Positions 39,059-46,718 of a stretch of 64,000 nt of DNA are shown piece by piece; positions within the stretch are counted from its first letter, which is position 1, and each line of letters begins with the position of its first letter. The notes beneath the pieces were generated by a model. That model did no database searches, had not been told where the DNA came from, and saw only the letters and a list, made by a program, of their open reading frames with translations. The position numbers and the translations under genes are program-made. The stretch covers positions 4,420 through 68,419 of the forward strand of contig JBFGJG010000019.1 in NCBI GenBank assembly GCA_041577295.1. Direction: 5' to 3'. Origin of the DNA: Gemmatimonadales bacterium (lineage in GTDB: Bacteria; Gemmatimonadota; Gemmatimonadetes; Gemmatimonadales; GWC2-71-9).

Positions 39059-40416
39059 AGGCCATAGCGGCGCCGTTTTTCCCATAGCGTTTTCCGCGAG
39101 ATGCCCAGCAGCCGAGCAGTGTCCTCCATCTGCCGGTCGGGATCGTACGCGAGGGTGGCGGCGATGTATCGCCGTTCCACCTCTTCGAGGGCGAGCCCGT
39201 GGTCGAGCGCGACAGCATCCGCTCCCGCCGTCAGGCCATCTGGCTCCCGTGCCGGTGGTCGGATGCGGAGTGGTCCACCGCCGTGAAAGATGAGTGCTCG
39301 CTCGATCGCGTTGCGAAGTTCCCTCGCATTGCCGGGCCAGGAATAGTCTTGCAGATCGGCGAAGGAGTCGGCATCGATTTCAGGAGTCGGACGTTTGAGA
39401 TCCTCACTCAAGTCATGAACGAATCGGGCAGCGATCTCGGGGATCACGCCTGCCATTTCTCGTAAGGCCGGCATTTCGATCGATGCGACGTCGAGTCGGT
39501 AAAGGAGGTCCAGCCGGAATTCACGTTGTCGCACGCGTTCCTTCAGGTCTTCGTTCGTGGCGGCAACGACGCGGCACGTGATGGGAATGGGGTGCGTGCC
39601 GCCCACCCGCCGAATCTCTTGGCTCTCGAGAAAGAGCAACAGCTTTCCCTGAAGCTCGAGCGGGAGGGCGCCGATTTCATCCAGCAGGAGTGTGCCTTCG
39701 TGTGCGAGTTCAATGAGTCCGCGTTTGAGCGCCTTCGCGTCCGTAAACGCCCCCTTTTCGTGGCCAAACAGTTCGGACTCCAGGAGATTCGCTGGGATCG
39801 CGGCGCAGTTCACTTCCATGAATCGGCCGTCGGAATCGGACAGATCATGAATGGCTCGGGCGAGAACACTCTTTCCCGTTCCTGACTCGCCGGTGATCAG
39901 GATCCGGACTGACGAAACGCCCGCAACCTGCTCCGCAAACTGGCGGACTTCGTCCAATCGACTATGTGTTCCAACGATCACCCTTCCGATGTCGTAGCTA
40001 CTCTGGCTCGCCAGCCGCCGCGACACTTCCTCTCGCACGGGCCGTTCTGCCACCGCACGCTCGACGAGGGCGAGCAAGGCATCGGTGTTCACCGGTTTTG
40101 GCAGGAAGTCGTTTGCCCCGGCCCGGATGCCGTCCACCGCACGCGGGACCGTCGCGTGTGCGGTCACCAGAAACGTCGGGAGTGATGGATCTGACTGTCG
40201 AATCCGACGAACGAGTTCGATGCCATCCACCCCCGGCATGGCGAGATCGGTTATCACGCTATCGTAGGGCTCCCGGGCGAGGGCGACGAGGGCTTCCTCG
40301 GCCGAGCCTACGAGGTCCGCGTGGACCCGGGCTCGCCGGCCAAAGTTCGCCTTGAGGATCCGGCCCTCGAGCGGGTCGTCATCCACGAACAGCACTCGCA
40401 GTTGTCTAGGGCACAT
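39055..40416 (-). CDS. Sigma-54-dependent response regulator (REC-AAA+-HTH)
   Basis: VDDD, D-x-x-MP, KP; GESGTGKS; ESELFGHEKGAFTDA; LLLDEI; WPGNARELRN; LGISRKTLW. Confidence 0.96.
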   Translation of the reverse strand: MCPRQLRVLFVDDDPLEGRILKANFGRRARVHADLVGSAEEALVALAREPYDSVITDLAMPGVDGIELVRRIRQSDPSLPTFLVTAHATVPRAVDGIRAGANDFLPKPVNTDALLALVERAVAERPVREEVSRRLASQSSYDIGRVIVGTHSRLDEVRQFAEQVAGVSSVRILITGESGTGKSVLARAIHDLSDSDGRFMEVNCAAIPANLLESELFGHEKGAFTDAKALKRGLIELAHEGTLLLDEIGALPLELQGKLLLFLESQEIRRVGGTHPIPITCRVVAATNEDLKERVRQREFRLDLLYRLDVASIEMPALREMAGVIPEIAARFVHDLSEDLKRPTPEIDADSFADLQDYSWPGNARELRNAIERALIFHGGGPLRIRPPAREPDGLTAGADAVALDHGLALEEVERRYIAATLAYDPDRQMEDTARLLGISRKTLWEKRRRYGL

Positions 40417-40484
40417 CCGGTACTCCTCACCGGATCTTGAAGCTCGGAACCGGCCGTGACAAGCATCGGGCCGGGACGGGCTGC

Positions 40485-40525
40485 CGTGTTACGAAAGGTT
40501 ACGCACGTAACGTTCCCGTAACACG
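40485..40525. promoter_or_regulatory. Nested palindromic upstream activator sequence (probable enhancer-binding-protein site)
   Basis: CGTGTTACG (40485-40493) / CGTAACACG (40517-40525) enclosing GTTACG-CA-CGTAAC (40498-40511), giving four GTTACG half-sites. Confidence 0.72.
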
Positions 40526-40600
40526 CTTCGACAAGGGTGCCCATCGGGTCGACGACGTCAAGTCGGTGCAATGAAATCACTTGGGCCCTGTGGCACGAGT

Positions 40601-40616
40601 TGGCCCGGGGGTTGCT
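40601..40616 (+). promoter_or_regulatory. Sigma-54 (-24/-12) promoter
   Basis: TGGCCCGGGGGTTGCT has exact GG-N10-GC spacing, one mismatch to TGGCAC-N5-TTGCW, and lies about 75 bp downstream of the palindrome. Confidence 0.78.
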
Positions 40617-40680
40617 TCTCCAACGCGCTTTGCAACCCGCAAGCGGGGCGTCCGCACTGTCGCGAACACCGCCAGGTTGC

Positions 40681-40760
40681 ACCGCGAGAATGGCACCCCG
40701 GCCGTGAGGCCGGTCCGCAAAGCTCAGGATCTCCACCGAGATGGCCGAGCCGCCGAAGGA
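40681..40760 (+). ncRNA. Cyclic di-GMP-I (GEMM) riboswitch
   Basis: GGCA, P2 CCGGCC-GUGA(GNRA)-GGCCGG, CGCAAAGC junction, P3 GCUC/GAGC and AUCU/AGAU, 3' GCCGAA. Lies in the 5' UTR about 30 nt before ATG 40793. Confidence 0.82.
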
Positions 40761-40792
40761 CGAAATGGCAACTCACTTGGAGGAGATCGTTG

Positions 40793-41776
40793 ATGAGCAA
40801 CGCAGGTGCAGTACGTAGTCTCGTGGGTGCGGCAGCGGTGGGCTTGGTGCTGACCGCCTGTGATCGTGCCCCGGCCGATCCGTTGGCCGTGGAAGACGCG
40901 ATCAACCTGTCCGCGACCAACCGGACCAACACGGCACAGTCCGTGATGATCGTGCTGTATGGTGCGAGCGACTTCGTCATCGAGGAAGAGCAGACTTGGT
41001 CGTACGCGTTCTCAGGTCAGCCGGGTGCCGTCGCCGCGTTCGACACGTATTTCACGGTGACGACTTCCGGGGGCCCCAATGCAAGCCAGATTGCAACGGC
41101 CAAGCATAACGCGTTCAAGGCGCCGAACCGGTGTAATCTGTGGAACGGTAACGCTCTCCAGACGGTCACTTCGACTTTTGGCGGTCGTTCTGTGACCGCC
41201 ACGCCTAAGTCGCCTAGCACACACGCTGCGAAGACCGGCTGGAACGTGGAGGTGACGGGTGGTGGGCCCGTGGAGGTCAGTCTCGACTATGGCTCGTACA
41301 TTGCGAGCCAGAACGCAGTCGACAAGGCGACCAGCAATGGAAACCAGCCCTGGAAGCGCAAGTACTCGTTTGGGTTGGACGAGGCAAGGATCGTTGGCCT
41401 CACGGTTGAGCTGCTCGACGCTGCCAACTACGTGGTGGCCCCATACAGTGGCGAAGCCGGTGTATCCGGATACTACGCAGGCGAAGACTTCGAGTATAAC
41501 GGCAACGCCGGTTCCAGCGGACCGAACGGAATTCTGGCCAACGGTTTGGTCAGCGGTATCTTGAACGGCACAGTTGGTGGAAATGACGGCAAGAAGGATG
41601 ACTTCGCCGGTAACGATGGTGAGGGTGCGGTGAAAGCCCACCTCAACTCGATGACGTGGAGCCTGGGCGAGGGTGAGTATACCCTGTCCGTCCGGGGGAC
41701 CGTGCGGGGTGTGGCCGGAGCCATGGATGCGTTGTTCAACGGCACGAAGCAGGTCACAATATTGGGCGGTTGCTGA
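40793..41776 (+). CDS. Uncharacterised secreted lipoprotein (327 aa, Gly/Asn/Thr-rich, beta-rich)
   Basis: GGAGGAG RBS; LVLTA|C lipobox; ends ...VTILGGC; no family recognised. Confidence 0.85.
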   Translation: MSNAGAVRSLVGAAAVGLVLTACDRAPADPLAVEDAINLSATNRTNTAQSVMIVLYGASDFVIEEEQTWSYAFSGQPGAVAAFDTYFTVTTSGGPNASQIATAKHNAFKAPNRCNLWNGNALQTVTSTFGGRSVTATPKSPSTHAAKTGWNVEVTGGGPVEVSLDYGSYIASQNAVDKATSNGNQPWKRKYSFGLDEARIVGLTVELLDAANYVVAPYSGEAGVSGYYAGEDFEYNGNAGSSGPNGILANGLVSGILNGTVGGNDGKKDDFAGNDGEGAVKAHLNSMTWSLGEGEYTLSVRGTVRGVAGAMDALFNGTKQVTILGGC

Positions 41777-41822
41777 TTCTCGACATCGCACGAGTAGTGA
41801 AAAGGATGACATAGTTACACGA

Positions 41823-41861
41823 CTGCTGCCGCTTCACCCCCCTGGGGTGGGGCGGCAGCAG
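41823..41861 (+). terminator. Strong hairpin downstream of the lipoprotein gene (terminator or 3' stabiliser)
   Basis: CTGCTGCCGCTTCACCCC-CCT-GGGGTGGGGCGGCAGCAG forms an 18-bp stem with two G-U pairs; no U-tract. Confidence 0.6.
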
Positions 41862-41894
41862 ATCGCATCAGCAACACATTCTTCGGAGTTTCCA

Positions 41895-42641
41895 ATGCAG
41901 GCCCGCCGTGCACGAGACCGAGTCCCGCATATCGCCAGCTGGAGCCCCAGCTTCGGCCCGGCGGGTCTTCCCGCCTACGAGCGTGCCAAGCCGTCGTTCA
42001 TGCTCATCGACCCCGGTGGACCTGGACTCCTCTTGATTCCCACGGATCACGTCCGCGAGATCCCCCGTGGTGAGGGAGGCGAGGAGCTATCCAGGCGCGT
42101 CCGCGCGCGCGCAGCGCGGTGGCTGGAAAGCACGGAGCGCTCGCGACGGAGGACCTTGATTACCGAGACGCTCGTGCTCCTGGCCGAGGAGTTGAGTCGC
42201 ATCCGGTCGAGCGTGGAAGTCATCGAGGCGCTGCTTCGCCATGGGGAGACGATCTTCGGCTGTCGAAGAGCGTTCATTCTTGCATTTGAACCTTCTGAAC
42301 CCGGGGGAATGGGCACCTGGCGGTTGTGGCACGGTGAGGGAGACCGCTCGTTCGCTGCGCCGTCCCTTTCGGTTGTGCCTTTTTCGTTTGCACCGGTGTT
42401 CGTGAGGCGCGAAGCACAGAACAAAGAAACCGGGTCGTGTTTCTCACTGGTGTTTGACCAAACGGATGCCCATGTGCTCTGTGCCGCAGCCATTGCCGAA
42501 GATTGTTTGCTGGTCGTGGCGGAGAGGCGGGGTGGAGCCGAACCCGATGCCGATGACTGGTACGTGCTGCGAACCGTCGCCCGCTTTGCCCAAGCAGCGC
42601 TGTCCCACAGTCGCATGCTCGACGAGATCGGCGGCGGCTAA
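41895..42641 (+). CDS. Stand-alone GAF-like domain protein
   Basis: GGAG RBS; L-x-x-x-x-EEL...I-x-x-x-x-RAFIL and ...LLVVAERR...DDW-x-VL-x-x-VA-x-x-A-x-x-AL-x-x-x-RML, a typical GAF C-terminal helix. No output domain. Confidence 0.62.
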   Translation: MQARRARDRVPHIASWSPSFGPAGLPAYERAKPSFMLIDPGGPGLLLIPTDHVREIPRGEGGEELSRRVRARAARWLESTERSRRRTLITETLVLLAEELSRIRSSVEVIEALLRHGETIFGCRRAFILAFEPSEPGGMGTWRLWHGEGDRSFAAPSLSVVPFSFAPVFVRREAQNKETGSCFSLVFDQTDAHVLCAAAIAEDCLLVVAERRGGAEPDADDWYVLRTVARFAQAALSHSRMLDEIGGG

Positions 42642-44455
42642 GAACCCCCGAGCAACACCTCGAGCTTTTGGGCACGCAAGATCGACTCCTCGAGCGCCTC
42701 GATGAGTCGATTCCGCTCTCGGATCAGTGTTGTCTCGGCGAACTGATACCGATCAGTTCCTCGCGGTTCCTCCCTGAGAATGCTGGCGGGAGCCAGCCCC
42801 GGTAGCATACCCAGACTCACGCCAGGATCGGGGTGGTACGGATCCGACGGGGAGTAGAGCACCCGGTGCAGCGGCCGGAGCAGATCTACCAGCGCCACGT
42901 CCAGCTGTTCATCGGCGACCGGCGGAACCTTCGCATGAATCCGCTCGATGAGTTGCGCGAGGTCTTGTTGCCGACGCGTCGCCTCACTGAGGTCGAGGCG
43001 TCCACCCGATTCGTGTTCCCGTTGGCGAATGAGGTCACCCAAGCCAGCGAGTTCAGCCCGCAGATCGAGTGGCAGCATCGGTGCGGCTAGCAACTCGGAG
43101 AGCGCGTCGACATAGAGCTCGGTATCGGTCTCGAGGACCGTAAAGTCGACCTTGTCAAAGGTGTCTTCCGGTGTGTGCCACCACCAATAGCCTCCGTCCT
43201 CCGCGAGCCGCGTGTGGTGAATCTGAAAGAGCGGTAACCCAATCCCGTTGAAGGACTGGTCGGAATTGCGTCCCGGCCGGCCTGGATCGATGCGGTTGCC
43301 GGTCGCCCGCTGAATGACGCGCTGCGCCAGCGGTGCCAGTGAAGATGTGGTCGACGCAGCGAACCGCTTGGCGCCCATTTGCCCCACGCCGTCGATGTTG
43401 ACATACGCGATGCCCCGGTCGCGCAGCTCCTGAAAGAAATGATCCGCAAACCAAGTCGAACCGGCATATCTAGCGTTGCTATGTCCGGGCCACCAGGCGA
43501 CGACGAGCCCCCGGCGGAGACGGTGACGCTCGCGTTCAAAGGCGCGCGCCAATTCCACCATGGCGGCGTTCGAAGCCCCCTCGTCCGTCCCACCGCGATA
43601 CCACGCGTCGATATGTCCACCGAGCAAGACATACGGTGCTGCGTTCGCATCGGGTGGGTCGACCCGGGCGACTGCCAGACGGAGCGGTTTCCACCCGGTG
43701 CGCACCTGGACGGTCAAGCGGACGCGCACCGGTCCCGTTGCCAGCCACTCGCGCAGGCGTGCTCCTGCACTTCGCGTAATCTGCGCGACGGGGATATCTG
43801 GCAGCCGATGCGCGTTGCGCAGCGACGGGATTCCCCACGTCGACGTGACGATGAGATCGTTGAGACGTTCCTCCGGATTCACGAAGACTACGCCGGCGGC
43901 GCCGAGCTCGGCGAGTACCGTGGTGGGCACGTTGCGCGGGAGGCCGTCGACCATGGCGATGGCACCTGTGAGGTTTGGGTCGCTCGGTCCCACCGGCAGG
44001 ACCAGGCGTTCGCCGGTGCCGGTCTCGAGCGCGGGCAGATCGTCCAAAGATCCGAGGTCCACCAGCGCCGCTTCCAATCGATCCGCCGAAGCGGAGAACG
44101 ACGCGGTAATCGCCCGCGGGGTGAAGTCGTGCCCGACGACTTCTAGCTGCGCCGCAAAGGGGTCGCTGGCATAGGCGAGAAACTCGTGGACGTCGACGCG
44201 AATCCCTTCGGCCCGCAACGTCTCCACGATGTAGTCGATCGCCGCATTTTCTCCAAGACTGCCGGACGGGCGCTCATGCGCCACGATCGCCCGCGTGTGC
44301 CGCTCTAACCTGGTCGGTGTGATGTGTTGCCGAGCGGCCAGCGAGAGCAGGCGTACGGCAGGGTCCGGCTGTGCCTGCTGGGCGAGAGTTGGCGAGGCGG
44401 AGGCCGCCAGCAGTCCCAGCGTGATGGCGATAAAGGACTGTGATGCGGCAATCAT
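42638..44455 (-). CDS. Secreted M28 peptidase with PA domain
   Basis: GHIDAW, G-x-x-DE, WPGHS, YVNID and WWHT-x-EDT-x-DK. ATG 44455 overlaps the GMC stop. Confidence 0.88.
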   Translation of the reverse strand: MIAASQSFIAITLGLLAASASPTLAQQAQPDPAVRLLSLAARQHITPTRLERHTRAIVAHERPSGSLGENAAIDYIVETLRAEGIRVDVHEFLAYASDPFAAQLEVVGHDFTPRAITASFSASADRLEAALVDLGSLDDLPALETGTGERLVLPVGPSDPNLTGAIAMVDGLPRNVPTTVLAELGAAGVVFVNPEERLNDLIVTSTWGIPSLRNAHRLPDIPVAQITRSAGARLREWLATGPVRVRLTVQVRTGWKPLRLAVARVDPPDANAAPYVLLGGHIDAWYRGGTDEGASNAAMVELARAFERERHRLRRGLVVAWWPGHSNARYAGSTWFADHFFQELRDRGIAYVNIDGVGQMGAKRFAASTTSSLAPLAQRVIQRATGNRIDPGRPGRNSDQSFNGIGLPLFQIHHTRLAEDGGYWWWHTPEDTFDKVDFTVLETDTELYVDALSELLAAPMLPLDLRAELAGLGDLIRQREHESGGRLDLSEATRRQQDLAQLIERIHAKVPPVADEQLDVALVDLLRPLHRVLYSPSDPYHPDPGVSLGMLPGLAPASILREEPRGTDRYQFAETTLIRERNRLIEALEESILRAQKLEVLLGGS

Positions 44456-46053
44456 TCTCGAGCAGGGAACGCTTCGCCGATCGCGATGGCGGACCGCAAG
44501 CCGAGCGCTACGAAGGTGAGCGTGCCGTTGGCGCAACCGCCAGTCGGCATCGTCGGAGCGCCCACGACGAACAGATTTTCATGGTCGTGGGTTCGCCCGT
44601 AACTGTCGCACACACTGGTAGCCGGATCGGATCCCATGCGGCAGCCGCCAGCAGGGTGGTCTTGAAACTCGTTCACGCCCATCCACAGGATCTTCCCATT
44701 TCCGGCGCGTGCCATCTCGCCAAACAAGTCTCTGATGCGTTGCTCGGTATGGCCGCGAAGTGCGGCAGATGCTTCACCGTCCCGGAACTGCAGGCGGGGA
44801 AGCGGATCTCCCCACGGGGTGCGACGCGTCCTGTCCAGTGTTAACTCGCTGTTCCGCGCTGGAAGCACATCGTAGTACGCGCGTACCCGTGCTGTGCCAC
44901 GACGCGTCCGTGCACGCCAATCGCGCATCATGGCGTCGCCCAACAGCAGATGACCGTCCTCATCTCGCAGCCTCGGTTGCTTGCCGAACGACGACTCCCA
45001 GATCCTGAGATCGTGGCGAATGTAGCGGTCGAGCGGACCCGGCCGCATGAACTTCTTCGTGACCAGGCTGTGCTGTGCGTTCATACCGGGATAAATGTCG
45101 AGCGGCAGATCGATGTAGGCACTCACGCTGCGGTGACCGTTCAGGTACTTGCCCACGAGCCCCGAACGGTTTGCGATTCCCTGAGGAACGCGATCCGATG
45201 CCGAAAGCAGCAGGAGATGCGCGCTCCACACATAGCCGCCAGCCACCACGAACGTCTTCGCGCGGAACTCTACTGGCTGATCGGGCCGATCGCGATCGAG
45301 TGCTATGGCCCGTTCGATCCGGTCGCTGCCAGCTGCAAGCTCGAGACGCCGCACGACCGTGCGTGTGAGCAAGTCGACTTTTCCGGCAGCGCGCAGCGCG
45401 TTCCAAGTAAAATCGGGAGAGTACTTCGCCCCGATTGGGCAGATGGGCGAACACGTATCGTTGCGACAACAGGGGGGACGACCGTCGTATGCGATGGAGT
45501 TCTTTGCGGACGGCTGGCTCCAGAACGGGATGCCAGCGCTCGCACCCCATGCGTCGAGCTGCTCAAGGTTGTAGGACAACGGGAGGGCGGGGAGCGGATA
45601 CGGCTTGCCACGGGGATCCAACTCGGGCGGTCCCTGCGCTCCCGCGACGCCCATCCGTTCCTCAGCCTCTTGGAAGTAGGGATCCAGGTCATCATAGGTC
45701 AGGGGCCAATCGGCACCTACGCCGTAGAGCGTCTCGACGCGAAAATCCTCCGGACTGAACCGGGGTGTCACACCTCCCCAGTGCATCGCGAGCCCTCCGA
45801 CACACATGGACCGCGATTGGATTCCGTCCACTTCCATGCCGTCGATGTGATCGCTCGGCCATGGATTCTCCTCGTACTGCACGAACCGCGCGCGACGCGC
45901 GGGGCGACGCTCCAACGGGACAACGTGGTCACCCGCCTCCACGACGACCATTCGGGCCACACGCTCCTTGGCGATCTTCTCCGCAAGCAGAGCGGCCGTG
46001 ATGCCCGAGCCGATGATGCAGATGTCCGTCTCAACTACCCGCGGCCGTGTCAT
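44452..46053 (-). CDS. GMC-family flavoprotein oxidoreductase
   Basis: IIGSGITA, GG-x-x-x-HWGG, DWP-x-x-Y, CC-x-x-x-x-C-x-x-x-CPIGAKY, H-x-x-GGCRMG and HENL. ATG 46053. Confidence 0.94.
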   Translation of the reverse strand: MTRPRVVETDICIIGSGITAALLAEKIAKERVARMVVVEAGDHVVPLERRPARRARFVQYEENPWPSDHIDGMEVDGIQSRSMCVGGLAMHWGGVTPRFSPEDFRVETLYGVGADWPLTYDDLDPYFQEAEERMGVAGAQGPPELDPRGKPYPLPALPLSYNLEQLDAWGASAGIPFWSQPSAKNSIAYDGRPPCCRNDTCSPICPIGAKYSPDFTWNALRAAGKVDLLTRTVVRRLELAAGSDRIERAIALDRDRPDQPVEFRAKTFVVAGGYVWSAHLLLLSASDRVPQGIANRSGLVGKYLNGHRSVSAYIDLPLDIYPGMNAQHSLVTKKFMRPGPLDRYIRHDLRIWESSFGKQPRLRDEDGHLLLGDAMMRDWRARTRRGTARVRAYYDVLPARNSELTLDRTRRTPWGDPLPRLQFRDGEASAALRGHTEQRIRDLFGEMARAGNGKILWMGVNEFQDHPAGGCRMGSDPATSVCDSYGRTHDHENLFVVGAPTMPTGGCANGTLTFVALGLRSAIAIGEAFPARE

Positions 46054-46643
46054 CGCCCACCTCCACCACCAAGCGGTTTTGGCTTGCTGGGCGCTTGATC
46101 GAGCGAACGACAGGTTTCCTTTCCGATGACGGCACGGTAGCAGAGGTCGGCTGCCTCCGGCGTACTGTAGAAGTAGGCGAGCAACCCCAGCGCGACGTGC
46201 GGTGCTGCAGTGGGGTGGGGGAGTCGTTCGTCGGAGACGAGGTTCTCGATCTCTTCGGTCACGAGACGCTGCCGGGCGACGAGAGAGGTGTCGGTGAACG
46301 CTTTCATCTCTTGCCGCCGTGCCGCCTCCTCCAGCGCCGTCAGCTGCGCCGTCCATTGCTCGGTTGGATCCTCCGGCAAATGCTCGATCTTGCCTGTCCC
46401 GTAGCCGTGATCTCGTTCTGCGCCGGGCCGATAGGCCTGCAACCACCGATCGAACGCGGTGACCACGCGCTCAACTCCGTGCGATCCCAGCTCTGAGGGC
46501 AACACCACCTCACCGAGCGCCAGAAGGAGGCCGCGGTCGAAAATGGAGGTGAGAGGTTGTGTGCGTATGTTGCCCGCGAGCGACGCGGCGGGAACCGCAC
46601 CCGCGACGGTCGCAACGAACTTTCTACGGTCGAACGGAGTCAT
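46050..46643 (-). CDS. Tat-signal small subunit of the GMC dehydrogenase (gluconate 2-DH subunit 3-like)
   Basis: DRRKFV Tat motif; VLPSEL and YFYS-x-x-EA-x-DLCY. Translationally coupled to the GMC gene. Confidence 0.75.
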   Translation of the reverse strand: MTPFDRRKFVATVAGAVPAASLAGNIRTQPLTSIFDRGLLLALGEVVLPSELGSHGVERVVTAFDRWLQAYRPGAERDHGYGTGKIEHLPEDPTEQWTAQLTALEEAARRQEMKAFTDTSLVARQRLVTEEIENLVSDERLPHPTAAPHVALGLLAYFYSTPEAADLCYRAVIGKETCRSLDQAPSKPKPLGGGGGR

Positions 46644-46682
46644 TTTCTCTCCTGCCTCTTCTGACTCTGTGTCTCTCCTCTC

Positions 46683-46705
46683 GATCCCGCTGATCCCGCT
46701 GATTC
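46683..46705. repeat. Intergenic 9-mer tandem repeat
   Basis: GATCCCGCT x2 followed by GATTC. Confidence 0.5.
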
Positions 46706-46718
46706 TCGAGAGGCAGAT

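Noticed and set aside
40570-40584. IHF site between the activator site and the promoter
   Set aside because: The position fits, but the match to WATCAR-N4-TTR is too weak to call.
40591-40604. TGGCACGAGTTGGC as the sigma-54 promoter
   Set aside because: Spacing is GG-N9-GC; the adjacent site at 40601 has the required N10.
40681-40760. 3',3'-cGAMP-selective GEMM-Ib variant
   Set aside because: The G20-equivalent position is G, not A, in my manual alignment.
40571-40792. 74-aa N-terminal extension of the lipoprotein shown in the ORF track
   Set aside because: This region holds the promoter and riboswitch; the RBS and signal peptide point to ATG 40793.
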